A stretch of DNA of 64,000 bases from the NCBI GenBank assembly GCA_021613535.1, contig CP075494.1:2976001-3040000 (forward strand). The letters run 5' to 3'. The stretch comes from Adineta vaga (taxonomy: Eukaryota > Animalia > Rotifera). A program made the translations under genes and the position numbers. Below are positions 50,160 to 61,251 of the stretch, piece after piece (within the stretch, counting starts at the first letter, position 1; every line of letters begins with the position of its first letter). A model generated the notes under the pieces. That model was not told the DNA's origin and searched no databases. It worked only from the letters and a program-made list of their open reading frames with translations.

Positions 50160-51872
50160 ATGTTATTGGAATCGTTAGCCAATGAACTTCTCCTTGATTT
50201 ATTTGAGTTTCTTGATGGTATCGATCTTCTTCGTGCTTTTGGTGGCCTCAATTGTCGATTCGAAACACTTCTTCATCGTTATGTTCTAGATTATCATCTC
50301 GATTTTCGTTTCGTATCTAAACGTGATTTTGATCAAGTTTGTAGAAACTATTTGCCATCAATAAAGAAACGAGTCGCTTCACTTCATGTCTCCGATGATG
50401 ATAGTACACCGAATCTACTGCAAAGCTTATTTTTCTATCGATTTACTTTCGATCAATTCATTTCTTTAAGATCTTTATCATTCCGACAAATTCCTTTGTC
50501 ACATGTGAACAGAACGGCAAGCGGATTTTCTTCTCTAACTCATTTGATTCATTTAACATTGATCGAATGTTATTATATCGATGCAAACGAATACACTCGT
50601 TTCTTGAATATCGTTTGGAGATTGCCAAAATTGAAATATTTCAATGATCATTCAAATCTACATACTAATGTTAATTTCGATGGATTTGAAGTGGTTTCAT
50701 CATCGATTGAATATCTGAATATGAAAGAATTACTGATTAATTCAACACATTTGAAAAAACTCTTCATGTATACACCTCAACTTCGATGCTTACATGCAAT
50801 ATTTGATTGTAAGACTGATGTTACTTTAATTCATAATAAAATTCCACCAATTAAGACATTGAACATTTCTCTTGAAGGAAACATATTACAAGTAACGCGA
50901 CTTTTGAAAAAGATGAATAATTTACGTTATTTGACGATTCAACTCCGTGAAACATTCTTCAATGGACATCAATGGAAAGAAATTATTGTTAATAATTTCC
51001 CTCAAATTAAAATATTTCGATTCAGTATGAAATTGACACTTTACAATGGAAATATTATTAATAACATGGATGAACTAATCGAAACATTTCAAACTTCCTT
51101 TTGGTTACATGAACATCAATGGTTCACGCGATTTCATTGGTCAACACCGAGTTATTCTCAAAACATCTGGGTTTATACTTTACCATATTGTTTTTACGAT
51201 AAGTTTTATCTAGGTAATACTTATCAACAATACAAATCGACATGTCCTAATAATGAAGCCTATTGGTTCTATGATTGTGTACATAGTGTTGTGATTGAGA
51301 GCAATTCATCATCATCATCTCCGGTTTGTCTTAGAAAGATTCAAGATTTAAATATCAAACTTCCGATTCAAAGAAGAATCTGGTCTTCTATTCCAAATTT
51401 AGAGCATTTGAAGTCCCTAAATGTGTCACAAGTCAGCGGTGCTCAAGAATCAAAACTATTAAATATAATAAATCGAGCACCTTCTCTCTACTCATTAACT
51501 ATTCCAGATAAATTAGCACTTGGTTTGATGCGTTTAACTATCACGAACACATCGATTCGTCAACTATACATTCGACATTCTTATGCTTTTAATGTCTCAG
51601 ATTGTTCTGAATTGGCTCATTCATCACTCGGACGCCAATGTGAAGTTTTGAGCATCACTGTGGAATCTCGAGATAACGTTCTCTATTTAATCAACAATAT
51701 GTCCAATCTTCGTGCACTTCGTTTTAATATCGATGTTCAAATCGAGAATAATGATGTTAAGAAATCTCAAGCAGATGTAATTAGTTCAATCGATTGGCTA
51801 AAAAAACATTTAAAATTCAAATATTCTTTTCATCATCAAGGATATTATATTAGACTATGGATCAATAGATAA
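50160..51872 (+). CDS. F-box/LRR-like protein
   Basis: ATG at 50160, MLLESLANELLLDLFEFL...LLRAFGGLNCRF; LRR-like repeats; NGHQWKEII...FQTSFW...QWF...YTLPY; intronless. Confidence 0.85.
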   Translation: MLLESLANELLLDLFEFLDGIDLLRAFGGLNCRFETLLHRYVLDYHLDFRFVSKRDFDQVCRNYLPSIKKRVASLHVSDDDSTPNLLQSLFFYRFTFDQFISLRSLSFRQIPLSHVNRTASGFSSLTHLIHLTLIECYYIDANEYTRFLNIVWRLPKLKYFNDHSNLHTNVNFDGFEVVSSSIEYLNMKELLINSTHLKKLFMYTPQLRCLHAIFDCKTDVTLIHNKIPPIKTLNISLEGNILQVTRLLKKMNNLRYLTIQLRETFFNGHQWKEIIVNNFPQIKIFRFSMKLTLYNGNIINNMDELIETFQTSFWLHEHQWFTRFHWSTPSYSQNIWVYTLPYCFYDKFYLGNTYQQYKSTCPNNEAYWFYDCVHSVVIESNSSSSSPVCLRKIQDLNIKLPIQRRIWSSIPNLEHLKSLNVSQVSGAQESKLLNIINRAPSLYSLTIPDKLALGLMRLTITNTSIRQLYIRHSYAFNVSDCSELAHSSLGRQCEVLSITVESRDNVLYLINNMSNLRALRFNIDVQIENNDVKKSQADVISSIDWLKKHLKFKYSFHHQGYYIRLWINR

Positions 51873-52629
51873 AAGTTTTGATATAAATTAATGCGTTCTA
51901 AAAGAAATTATGTGAAGAATGTCTTGTGCTTGAAAATCGTTCCTTTCAACAATTTTGATCTTACTAAAAAATACATCGTACATAAATCATCTAACAAACG
52001 AATTTTTAAGAATAGTTGATATCTTCAAGTTGTAAATGTAAAAAGTACGACTCGATAGGCATGTTCATTATTGTATAAAGAAAGAAAACTTCAATACTCG
52101 TCGAAATGTATAAAATCTTAAGGTGATGATGAAATAGGAAAGTCTTTGCACATGCTCGTCTTACAAAGCTGTATAATTAACTTCAATTCTCATACACTCA
52201 ACAAAATTTATGTAACTCTTTGTATTCAACAACCCGTTATAAATGAAAATGTAAAGAATATCTTGGCAATTGCAATCTTTTGAAGCAATTAATTTCTCTT
52301 CACATTACAAAACTTATTTTTTTATCCTTCTCTTCGTTTGGCATCACTCGATTTCCTTCATTGAAACCCATTTGCTTGATAAACAGATTTGTCGAGATCA
52401 TCATCATTCCACTAATAATTATACACACTTATTACTAATGATGAAATAAGTCAAGTGACATGGCTCATGATGATTTTTTTGTTTTCAGTGATGAAAATTT
52501 CTTTTTAAGAATAATAAGACTACAATCAAAATCACATCTTCAAGTCATGCAAGTGAATATTTATACTCAACCTGTGACATTTATCTTAATTTTTTAATAA
52601 TTTATTAGGAGATATTATACAAAAAAACT

Positions 52630-54937
52630 TTATGAAACAGCATTCACATACATAGCAGTGCCTGAACCTAATCCTGATCCACCTTTAAGTGCTGAAAATG
52701 TAACATTATATGTTACGCCAATGTTTGTAGTAAAGTATTGTTCAAGAAACTGTATATTACTAGATGGTGTACAGTCATTGTGATAGCATGTACCACTGCC
52801 ACCCTCACAACTTGTCGATGATATTATTGTAGCAGAACACGCACTAGAACATGAATACAGGTTCCATCCAACTGATGAACCACTTTCAAAATTCCCGTTG
52901 AGTAATAAATTAGTTCCTGTGCCACCATTCTCTAGTACAGAAACATTGTCAACATACCAGTCTTTGTTAGCTTGATTTGTTGCTGAGCTAAATCTAATAC
53001 TTGTGCTAGTTGATGTAGCCGTAAATGTGACGGAATACGTAGTCCAAATTGTTGGTGCTGACGTATCAAATGCTTGTAATGGTCCAACATTAGTAAAGCT
53101 GCATGAAATTGCTAAAAATATATAAGAAAAGGTTTTTGAAGAGGATTGCTCTGAACAAATTCGAATTTATAGTTTACAAGAAAAAGAGATTTATCGGATG
53201 AAATGAGAATATCTTGTGCAAGATAATTTATTTTAGAAAAAAAATAAAGTCTCATGTATTTTTTTCTTAGATTTTCTGATATAATAGATTAAATAATTAC
53301 CAATGAAGAGAAAGATGAGAAACTACATGTATACGTACTTGTAGTACTTTGTGTGCTTGTTGTTGATGATGTCGATATTGATGTTGATGATGTCGATGTT
53401 GATGTCGATGTCGATGTTGACGTTGTTGATGATGACGATGTTGATGTTGTTGATGATGACGATGTTGATGTCGATGTTGATGTTGTATCCGTGGTTGAAG
53501 TTGTAGAAGTAGTTGACGTTGTACTCGTGGTGGAAGTTGTTGATGTTGAAGCTAACAATATTAAAACAACACGTATGAAAAAATAATTCACTGAACCAGG
53601 AAGATCTCAATGCAATTATTGTCTCTATCATACTCACTTGTAGACGTGACTGTTGTTGAACTAGTCGATGTAGTCGGTTTGCGCACTAAAGAAAGTCAAT
53701 TAATCTTTAGAATCTATTTTTACAAAGACAAATATAGTTCCAGTTTGTATATCACAAATACGTATAAAATAATAAAGAAAATAGCATGATTTAGATCAAT
53801 AGAAAGTTTTGAGTTGTTAATTATTCTTCTTGATAAATACTTACATAAAGTCAAAAGAAGAGCTGTAGTAATTGCAGCTGCTAACAGACTAAGACACAGT
53901 AAACAACTCAGTAATGGACAAGCTAATCGCCGGATTTTGCTTCTTTTTTTTCGTTGTTTTCGACTATATAAAATAAATAAGAAAAGATTAACATATCGAT
54001 AGGTTTCTGTAAATAATTATTAATTCAATCTGTGAATTCCTACTTACCGAATTCTTTCAATTGTTCCTAGTTCTGATTCACTCGACGATGAATGATCATT
54101 ATCATGATTTTTACATTTTTTCTTTGTTATTTCGTTTTTATTATATTTTGAGAGACTATTTGTTTCCTAAAAAGGAAAATATGAATTACATAATACATTG
54201 TTATGGTCGATTTATTCTTTAAACAAACCTTGGATAGCGACGCAGAAATCGTGTTTGCATTGATTTCAGGAGATATCGATCGATTAAATATGTTATTAAC
54301 CTTGGTCGGAGTATTCGTTGGTTCCAAGCGACTATCATTGTGTCGATTTGAACTGCTCATTTCACTCTGTAATAAATCCTAAAGAATTTTTATTTTTTAT
54401 TTTTCCTGAGATCAAATCATGATTTTACATCACAAGATTTTGTACCGGAGGGATATTGAGTGTTATCCATCCTGGTAATTGATACTCGCCGAACACGCAC
54501 GCCAAGATATCGATCTTTGTTTTTATTATCGAAACTTTTGCATACCTAAGAAAAGATTAGCTACTATAATGAAATTCTTGTTATTCATATATATTGTTTT
54601 CACTATACATTGTCCGTCTTTGTTGATTCAGCATAAAATTAGGAATGTTAGGTCACTAGCAACGCGTTTAATATGAACCGCACTGAAATCTCGTGTAACA
54701 GATGGAGATCGTCGTTTTGATATCTAACATAAAAACATTCATGCTTTCAATCGATAAAAAAAACCAAGAGAAACTTATTTTATTTACCTTAGACGTCAAT
54801 ATTCGATTTGTATTGTTTTCTAAAGATGCATTAAAACTTACAGTAGACTCGCTATGTCGGTTAATTAATTCAATTGAAGATGGTGAAGAAGAACCAATCG
54901 ATATTGGCTTTACTCTTGTTATTCTGACGCCTTTCAT
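52630..54937 (-). CDS. Type II membrane protein: disordered N-terminus, TM, Thr/Ser stalk, C-terminal CBM4/9- or DUF642-like domain (multi-exon; 5' exons uncertain)
   Basis: TM exon about 53845-53964 (CPLLSCLLCLSLLAAAITTALLL), S/T exon about 53335-53551, last exon 52630-53111 (WTTYSVTFTA...WYVDNVSV...NLLLNGNFESG...GW...YNVTF). The exon near 54610-54720 does not read through cleanly. Confidence 0.65.
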
Positions 54938-55570
54938 ATATGAAGATTTCACACAAGTTCTATTAGAATAATGTCGTCAAAAAATGTTCTTGTCTAACAA
55001 GAATTTTTTTCTATTGACGTTGATGGTAAAATGAAAGTACACAGCTCAAAAGTATCGATCGAAATAATGAATACGAACGATTTCTAAGGATGCATTTAAT
55101 AAATAAAAAAAGAATTAATATGAGAAGAAAAGAAAAAAGAATAGGTATTCAATGTACGTCTATATATGTATTCTTTTTCTCGCTCATTTCCAAAGATATA
55201 AAACAAATATTACGAACTTTCTCTTTGTCAAAATAATTTTCATTAATTACGAAATATTAGACATTTTTTTCAATTTTTTATTAGATTTATTTGTGCGCAA
55301 TTTCAAATGAGTTATTAATCTTTAATATATGTAAATTATAAGCACACATATATTGTCATGTCAGAATCATATTTTCATTATTTCTAATGTCTTATAATCT
55401 TATATTCTTATTAACTAAGATTTTCATTGTCAAGTTTTACTCAAAGCCAATCTCATATAAAACTACCTTGAAACTATTTTTTTGCTTCGGTAGTCGGATA
55501 ATATAACTTTTAATATTAATAAAAGAAGCGGCTGTATTGTAAAAGAATTTCTTCATTTATTTAGAAAGAA

Positions 55571-56503
55571 ATGAATTTTACTGTAAGAGAATATGTTAAT
55601 AATTCATTTTCACTAGCGATCGAACCATGGTTTATACCCATCGACATATTTATGATTATTTGTACTACATTAACGATTTTAATTACCTTTATTTTTCTAT
55701 CTATTCTTATTTCGGATAAAACATGTCATACAATTCCAATGTTATTAACTGGTAATTCATGTTTATCAGTACTTTTATATGCATGTATTCTACTTAGTTT
55801 TTCTATTTTTTCACTTGAAAATGATCTTAAACAAATTCATTTTCAAGATTTATTTTGTTCATATCGAGGTTATTTTGGCTATGTATTTTGTGCAGCATTA
55901 GATTATTCATTTTTAATTCAAGCACTTTATCGATATGTTATTATTAGATATCCAAGTCGTTTTTTATGGAAATCTTTCAAATTTCAATTTGTTCTCATTT
56001 CTATAACATGGTTATTCAGTTTTTTACATCCGATTGTATTTATATTCGTAGATCAACTTATATATAATGTTGACAATCAAACATGTCAAGTACCTCTACG
56101 ATTATCATTTTATTTACTTTATGGTTCATTTTGCATTTATTTACTTCCAACAATGATCCTTATGTTTATCTATTTGAAATTAACTCTCTATATTAAAGAA
56201 ATACATAAACTTGTTACACCTATAAATATTCTACTTCGTGCACAACAAGAATTACAAATGGTTCGTCGTATAGTTTCAATTATAGCAATATTATTAACAC
56301 TTGGTTTACCCTATGTATTATTTATGTTAATGTCATTTTTTAAAAGTGCACCAAAATATCATTTTCGATTGGCATACATATTTGTTGATGGATCATTATT
56401 ATTTGTTGTGATTGCTATATTTCAATTTACTGATCCATTGAAAGTATCTTTAAAAAAACGTTTAAATGGACAAACAAACCAAATACTACCAGCTGTAACA
56501 TAA
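55571..56503 (+). CDS. Divergent rhodopsin-like 7TM GPCR (intronless)
   Basis: Seven TM helices; IPMLLTGNSC, FCSYRGY, QALYRYV, TCQVP, YLLP, GLPY, FTDP. Confidence 0.87.
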   Translation: MNFTVREYVNNSFSLAIEPWFIPIDIFMIICTTLTILITFIFLSILISDKTCHTIPMLLTGNSCLSVLLYACILLSFSIFSLENDLKQIHFQDLFCSYRGYFGYVFCAALDYSFLIQALYRYVIIRYPSRFLWKSFKFQFVLISITWLFSFLHPIVFIFVDQLIYNVDNQTCQVPLRLSFYLLYGSFCIYLLPTMILMFIYLKLTLYIKEIHKLVTPINILLRAQQELQMVRRIVSIIAILLTLGLPYVLFMLMSFFKSAPKYHFRLAYIFVDGSLLFVVIAIFQFTDPLKVSLKKRLNGQTNQILPAVT

Positions 56504-56738
56504 GAGTGTGGGTGATATAGTAGTATATCATCCTTACCTATACACCCACCCACGACCATCAAGAGTAAACCAATTGATTTTGTTTAAAATTAATCAATCA
56601 ATCCATACATCAATATTGTGTTCGAATAATTTATAAGTTAATCTCTTTGTTTTTTCTTGATTGTTTAACCAGTTAGTAATCGCATTGTTTTTATGTATGT
56701 CTCGATAGGAGATTTTTAGAAAACATAAGTATTTTAAA

Positions 56739-57530
56739 TTATCTAACAAATCTTGCAATCCTTTTAAGCTTATGTCTTGGTGTATGTAAATAAAACTGTC
56801 TGATTTCTTCGGGATTTTCGAAAAAATCTGATGATGAAGTTGGTAGTGATAATGATTTTATTTTATACAGTTGAATAGCAGATTGAAGTTGTTTTAATTC
56901 ACGAGAAGGATGTTGTGCTGTTTGTAAAATATCTTTAAAATACTCAAATCTGTCTATCTGAATTGATATTTGTGTTGGATGATATTTTAATATATCAAAA
57001 AATAATTTGAGATCAATAGAATATTCCATTTCTATATGTTTTACTGATGACAGATTTAAAAGTGTATTGAATTGTTCATAGGTTGTATCATTACGTAAGT
57101 TAGTTATGATCAATGATTGAATGTTGTTAAAACGCGGTTCTGGAATAAGATTCGTAGTGTTGACTTTAAGTAATTTTAATTGTCGAATATTAAAAGCATT
57201 ACATGTTGTTGTTGATTTTTTTTCACTTGATTGGCAATGTATTAAATCATGTTTTATACAAGGTATAGTGTATAAATATGCTAACCCGTCAAGTATACGA
57301 TTACAATTAATAAACCATCTTTTCTTTCTTAACCAAAATTCAGTCATAAAGGATTCAATTATGTCATTCGAATGTCTCCATCTGATTATGAGAAAAAATT
57401 TGAAAATTTTCAATTGAGGAAGATACTTTTCAATAATATTTTCCCATTGATAACCATCGATATAAGTCACGTAACCTTTTACACCTTCTACTTCCAAATG
57501 ATTCAATTGAGTGAAGGCATATCTTGAGGA
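56739..57530 (-). pseudogene. 5'-truncated F-box/LRR-family C-terminal fragment
   Basis: DGYQWENIIEKYLPQLKIFKF...ESFMTEFWL.KKRWF...LYTIP matches the pattern in 50160-51872; no F-box exon upstream. Confidence 0.55.
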
Positions 57531-57802
57531 TGTGGGTGTATTCCACTTAAGAAGCATTCACATCCATACTGAGATACTCATCATTCTGAATCATATTATT
57601 TCTCTTGCTCTTCTTATCAGTAACGTACTCTCCTTTCTAGTATTCCTGTCATTCTTTTTTTCTTTTCTGACCTCATGCCCCCAGCATGGAATAGTGCTAA
57701 TAAACTATGTGATGTCATGTAAGAGTGTGTTATCAATCGTGGTCGACAAATATACGCTGTGAATCTCTATACTACTAGTTGTTAGCACTTTCGAGTGTCA
57801 CA
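57531..57802 (+). mobile_element. Possible solo-LTR-like remnant at the truncation point of the LRR fragment
   Basis: TGTG...CACA termini, TC-rich interior, AATAAA near 57699; no TSD. Confidence 0.22.
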
Positions 57803-58156
57803 ATAAAGAAAGTGAATTCAAAAAAAAAAAGAAAAACTCCACATTCATCTACACCCTCAAATCATATGGAAATTATCGATACGAGAAAGAAAGTTGTACA
57901 AAAAGAGATCGATGTATATAAAGGATAAGGTATCGTGTATTTATTAATTCCTTCATATTTTTTGAACTGGCAAGAAACTGTTGAAAAAAATGAAATACAA
58001 TAGAAAGTATAATAATATCATTCATTGAAAGAATAACTTTTCGTAAGTGTTTTTTTTTCAATTTGAATATCTTTTTCTTTCTTGAAGAGACGAAGCAGTC
58101 AAGTCGTTTTTTATTTTGAGTACTGATCATGCAGTTCTTTCTCGACGAAGAAAATA

Positions 58157-59667
58157 CTAATGAGCAGTAAGAATGATTGCAAATGCACAAAAATATAGTG
58201 TCAGCAACACATTCGCGCATCGCCATGTGTAGCATTGATTCTTTAACTCCTTAGCAGTCGTCAATAATTCATCAGTAGTCATCCTTGATACACTGGCAGC
58301 TGCAATTGATATACTAGCAGTCGTCATTGAGTCACCAGTAGTCATTATTGATAAACTAGTACTTGTCATTGACGAAAACAATCCTTCGGTATTTGTCGTA
58401 ATCGTTGTAGAGTTTTTAACGTATTTCAATGCTTTGTGCATCTCCGATAAATCATAATGATCTTCTACAAGTGTTTGCCACTTCGACATCGCATCCATAC
58501 CGTTACATTGATTATACATGCATGTGAACATGAGTTTTCGAATTTCTTCACGTGTAACTGTGTTGATTCTAGTATCAACATCGAAACGAGCAAACTCCAT
58601 TTCGAAACATCCTTGCTGCAAAACATTATTTATATTAGACCAGACGACGCCACATGTACTGGTCATATGACAGGATACAACATCAAGGCTCTTTATCGTG
58701 CATCTAACTAAAAATACAATACATCATCATACGACATACATTATAATTATACATTATTAAAACAATACACAATTGATTACTGGATTTCGTCATGACTTTC
58801 TCGAAACTAATTTACTACTTTATTGTTGCCTTCACGTATCTCTGTGTGTATAGTTAGTGGCAACTGATTGTCTGATAAGATAGTTTAACAGCTCGCGTTT
58901 CTGTAAACCATAAAATTGTACTTTGTTGAATTCTTAAGAAATCTTTACAAAAGATGATCGATTCTTTGAACAATGTGTTTTTTCTCAATGGTCCCTGAAT
59001 ATTACTAGAGTGAGTGTGATAGATAAATGCGTACTTATTGCTCAAAGTAACATGATAATTTGTACTTATTTATATATGATCGACATAAACGGACGACCAT
59101 CAAGTGTAGTTTTCATACCTTTACCCACACCCTACTTCTGATAAATCACATCAACAAAATATTGGCATCTGTCATATACAACTGTTCTTTCAAAAAGTTC
59201 TATTACTTACGTGGTGAGCTGATTGGAATATTTGTAAATAGGGTAAACTGTGCCACTAACTCAGAATAATTTGCTTTCAATAGCCATTGAATATGATCGA
59301 GTAAAAATTGTTTTTAGCATAAATCTGAGTTCATGCATGAATATTTAAGACTTTGTGTAAACTGAATACCTTTTTGTGCGTTAAATTCCACGACAGAATT
59401 AAGATCAGCGCTGTGAGTAAGCAATTGATATGATCTGGGAAACTGATTGAATCGTATTTGGATCAACCCGTCAATATGAAGAATAAAGAACCATACTGTA
59501 CAATTACTTTGATCTTTCATAGGTAGACTGTTGATCTCGTTTTCAAAGTTTTTACGGTTAAAATTAGATATATGAAAATTACGAACTATCTGTCCAGTGA
59601 TACACGACAAACTTCGAATAACTGGACAAATGGAAAGTAAAACAAGTAGAATTACTGACTTCATCAT
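58157..59667 (-). pseudogene. Secreted/GPI Cys-rich protein gene with one premature TAA
   Basis: Signal peptide MMKSVILLVLLSICPVIRS; TAA at 59314-59316 followed in frame by KQFLLDHIQWLL; intron 58708-59210 joins in frame to LRCTIK...CHMTSTC...CMYNQCN, a Thr-rich stalk and a hydrophobic tail. Confidence 0.7.
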
Positions 59668-60392
59668 ATTCCAGAAAAAGTCAAATGACTTCTATAGTTG
59701 CTTGAAGAACAAGAAACATCAATAGTCTCGTTGAGTTTCAAGCAACTAAGAAAAACATGTTTACGACATGTTTGCCAGATTGTTCATGATAAATGGAAGA
59801 AAAATAATATTGTCCTGCATCAATCATTTGAGACAATACTGGATAATATATGATTTCTACTTTTTTCATTCCAATAGTCACGAGAAATAAATTCAGAATG
59901 AATAGATTATACTCCTTTATTTTCTCACAAGATGATCCAATATAGTATATAATTTCTTAGAAAAAAATGCGAGAAAAGAATATCTGATACTTCATCATTT
60001 CTCAAGAGGTTTAACCGTGTTACCCTGAATTCTTTTAAAAGATATAAATGATAGTGAGGGTAAGGATAACAATGTGAATATAAAGGAAAGAGTAGCTATC
60101 TACAGTTACATTACATGGACTAACTATTTTAACATACCTGATATGGTTCAATACCTTGCTATGGAGCACATTTTTTAGCATATCTGCTCGCAAAGAAAAA
60201 TCCATTTCAGTATTTTAATAATAGTGCTATATACAGTTTTCTCATCGGGATGATATTTTGAAAATAATAATAGAGTAATTAATTTAGACAATAAAAAATA
60301 TCCGTCATATGTTGTGCAGAAATATTTATTGTTTATTTATGCTCACAAATATAATACAATATCATTTCGATGGATTTTATCCACTTTATCTA

Positions 60393-60446
60393 TTCTAACT
60401 ATTGGCAATAACTATACCACTTGAGAGTTATTGCCAATAGTTAGAA
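60393..60446. repeat. Perfect 21-bp inverted repeat with 12-nt loop
   Basis: TTCTAACTATTGGCAATAACT (60393-60413) and AGTTATTGCCAATAGTTAGAA (60426-60446). Confidence 0.92.
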
Positions 60447-60769
60447 GTAACATTCTCGTGTGCATCGATATTGATAAGACTCTAATTTGGAGTTTTGATT
60501 TCAAAAGAAAATAATTTATTTCAAAAATGAATGAATTGACGATGGGTGAGGATGACATTTAACTATCAATTATTGTACTCGCTCACACTCTCAAGATTTG
60601 TATCGATTGTTAGTTTCTTTACTTATAAAAATAGTATTATTCAACATAAGATGTTAATTTTATTTCTACAAGTCTTCTCTATACAAAGAACATTTTTTGT
60701 TCTATATATTCTACATATAAAGTAATTGCAAGTAAATGTGTCTAGGATTCATTATAACATTCTCTCAAA

Positions 60770-61040
60770 TTCAAATAAAATCAAATGATTCGATGATTTT
60801 TTGTATCAGAAACATAATGATTTCCTTCCATATCAAATGATAAATCGTCGAGACTATTCAGTTGATTTGTTCGATTTCCTTTATTATTTTCGCCGACAAC
60901 GATCTCACTTTCTTTATCTTCTTCACATCATTGCATTATTCGATGATTATCATGATCTGTCACATAGATTTGAGTTCAATGATAATCAAACAATCCTTGA
61001 GAATAACATACTTGATTAAGATTGTTTCTTTTTCCATTTT
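60770..61040 (-). pseudogene. NHL-repeat gene remnant
   Basis: Minus strand reads QGLFDYH*TQIYVTDHDNHRIMQ*CEEDKESEIVVGENNKGNRTNQLNSLDDLSFDMEGNHYVSDTKNHRII*: two NHL blades with three stops. Confidence 0.8.
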
Positions 61041-61251
61041 GATAGGCAATTATTCACCGAAGTGGATGGAAATAACGATCTAATAATTTTTTTCTTACTT
61101 TGAATAAATCGTCGAAATTAATCAAGTTAATGAGTTCTCTCAATAAATGACAAATTCATCTTATTAATCGATTTTTATTATAATAGTAGAAGAAAAAATC
61201 AAGTGGACCGGAATCAACTTTTATAATAAATATGTTGAAAAACAAGAAAAA

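Noticed and set aside
53289-53637. Asp/Val-rich and Ile/Asn-rich ORFs
   Set aside because: Alternative frames and antisense of the Thr/Ser stalk exon of the 52630-54937 gene.
56509-56533. Hairpin GGGTGATATA-GTAG-TATATCATCC just after the GPCR stop, read as a terminator or SECIS
   Set aside because: Eukaryotic context, a 10-bp stem with a wobble and no SECIS core; kept only as part of the telomere-like motif observation.
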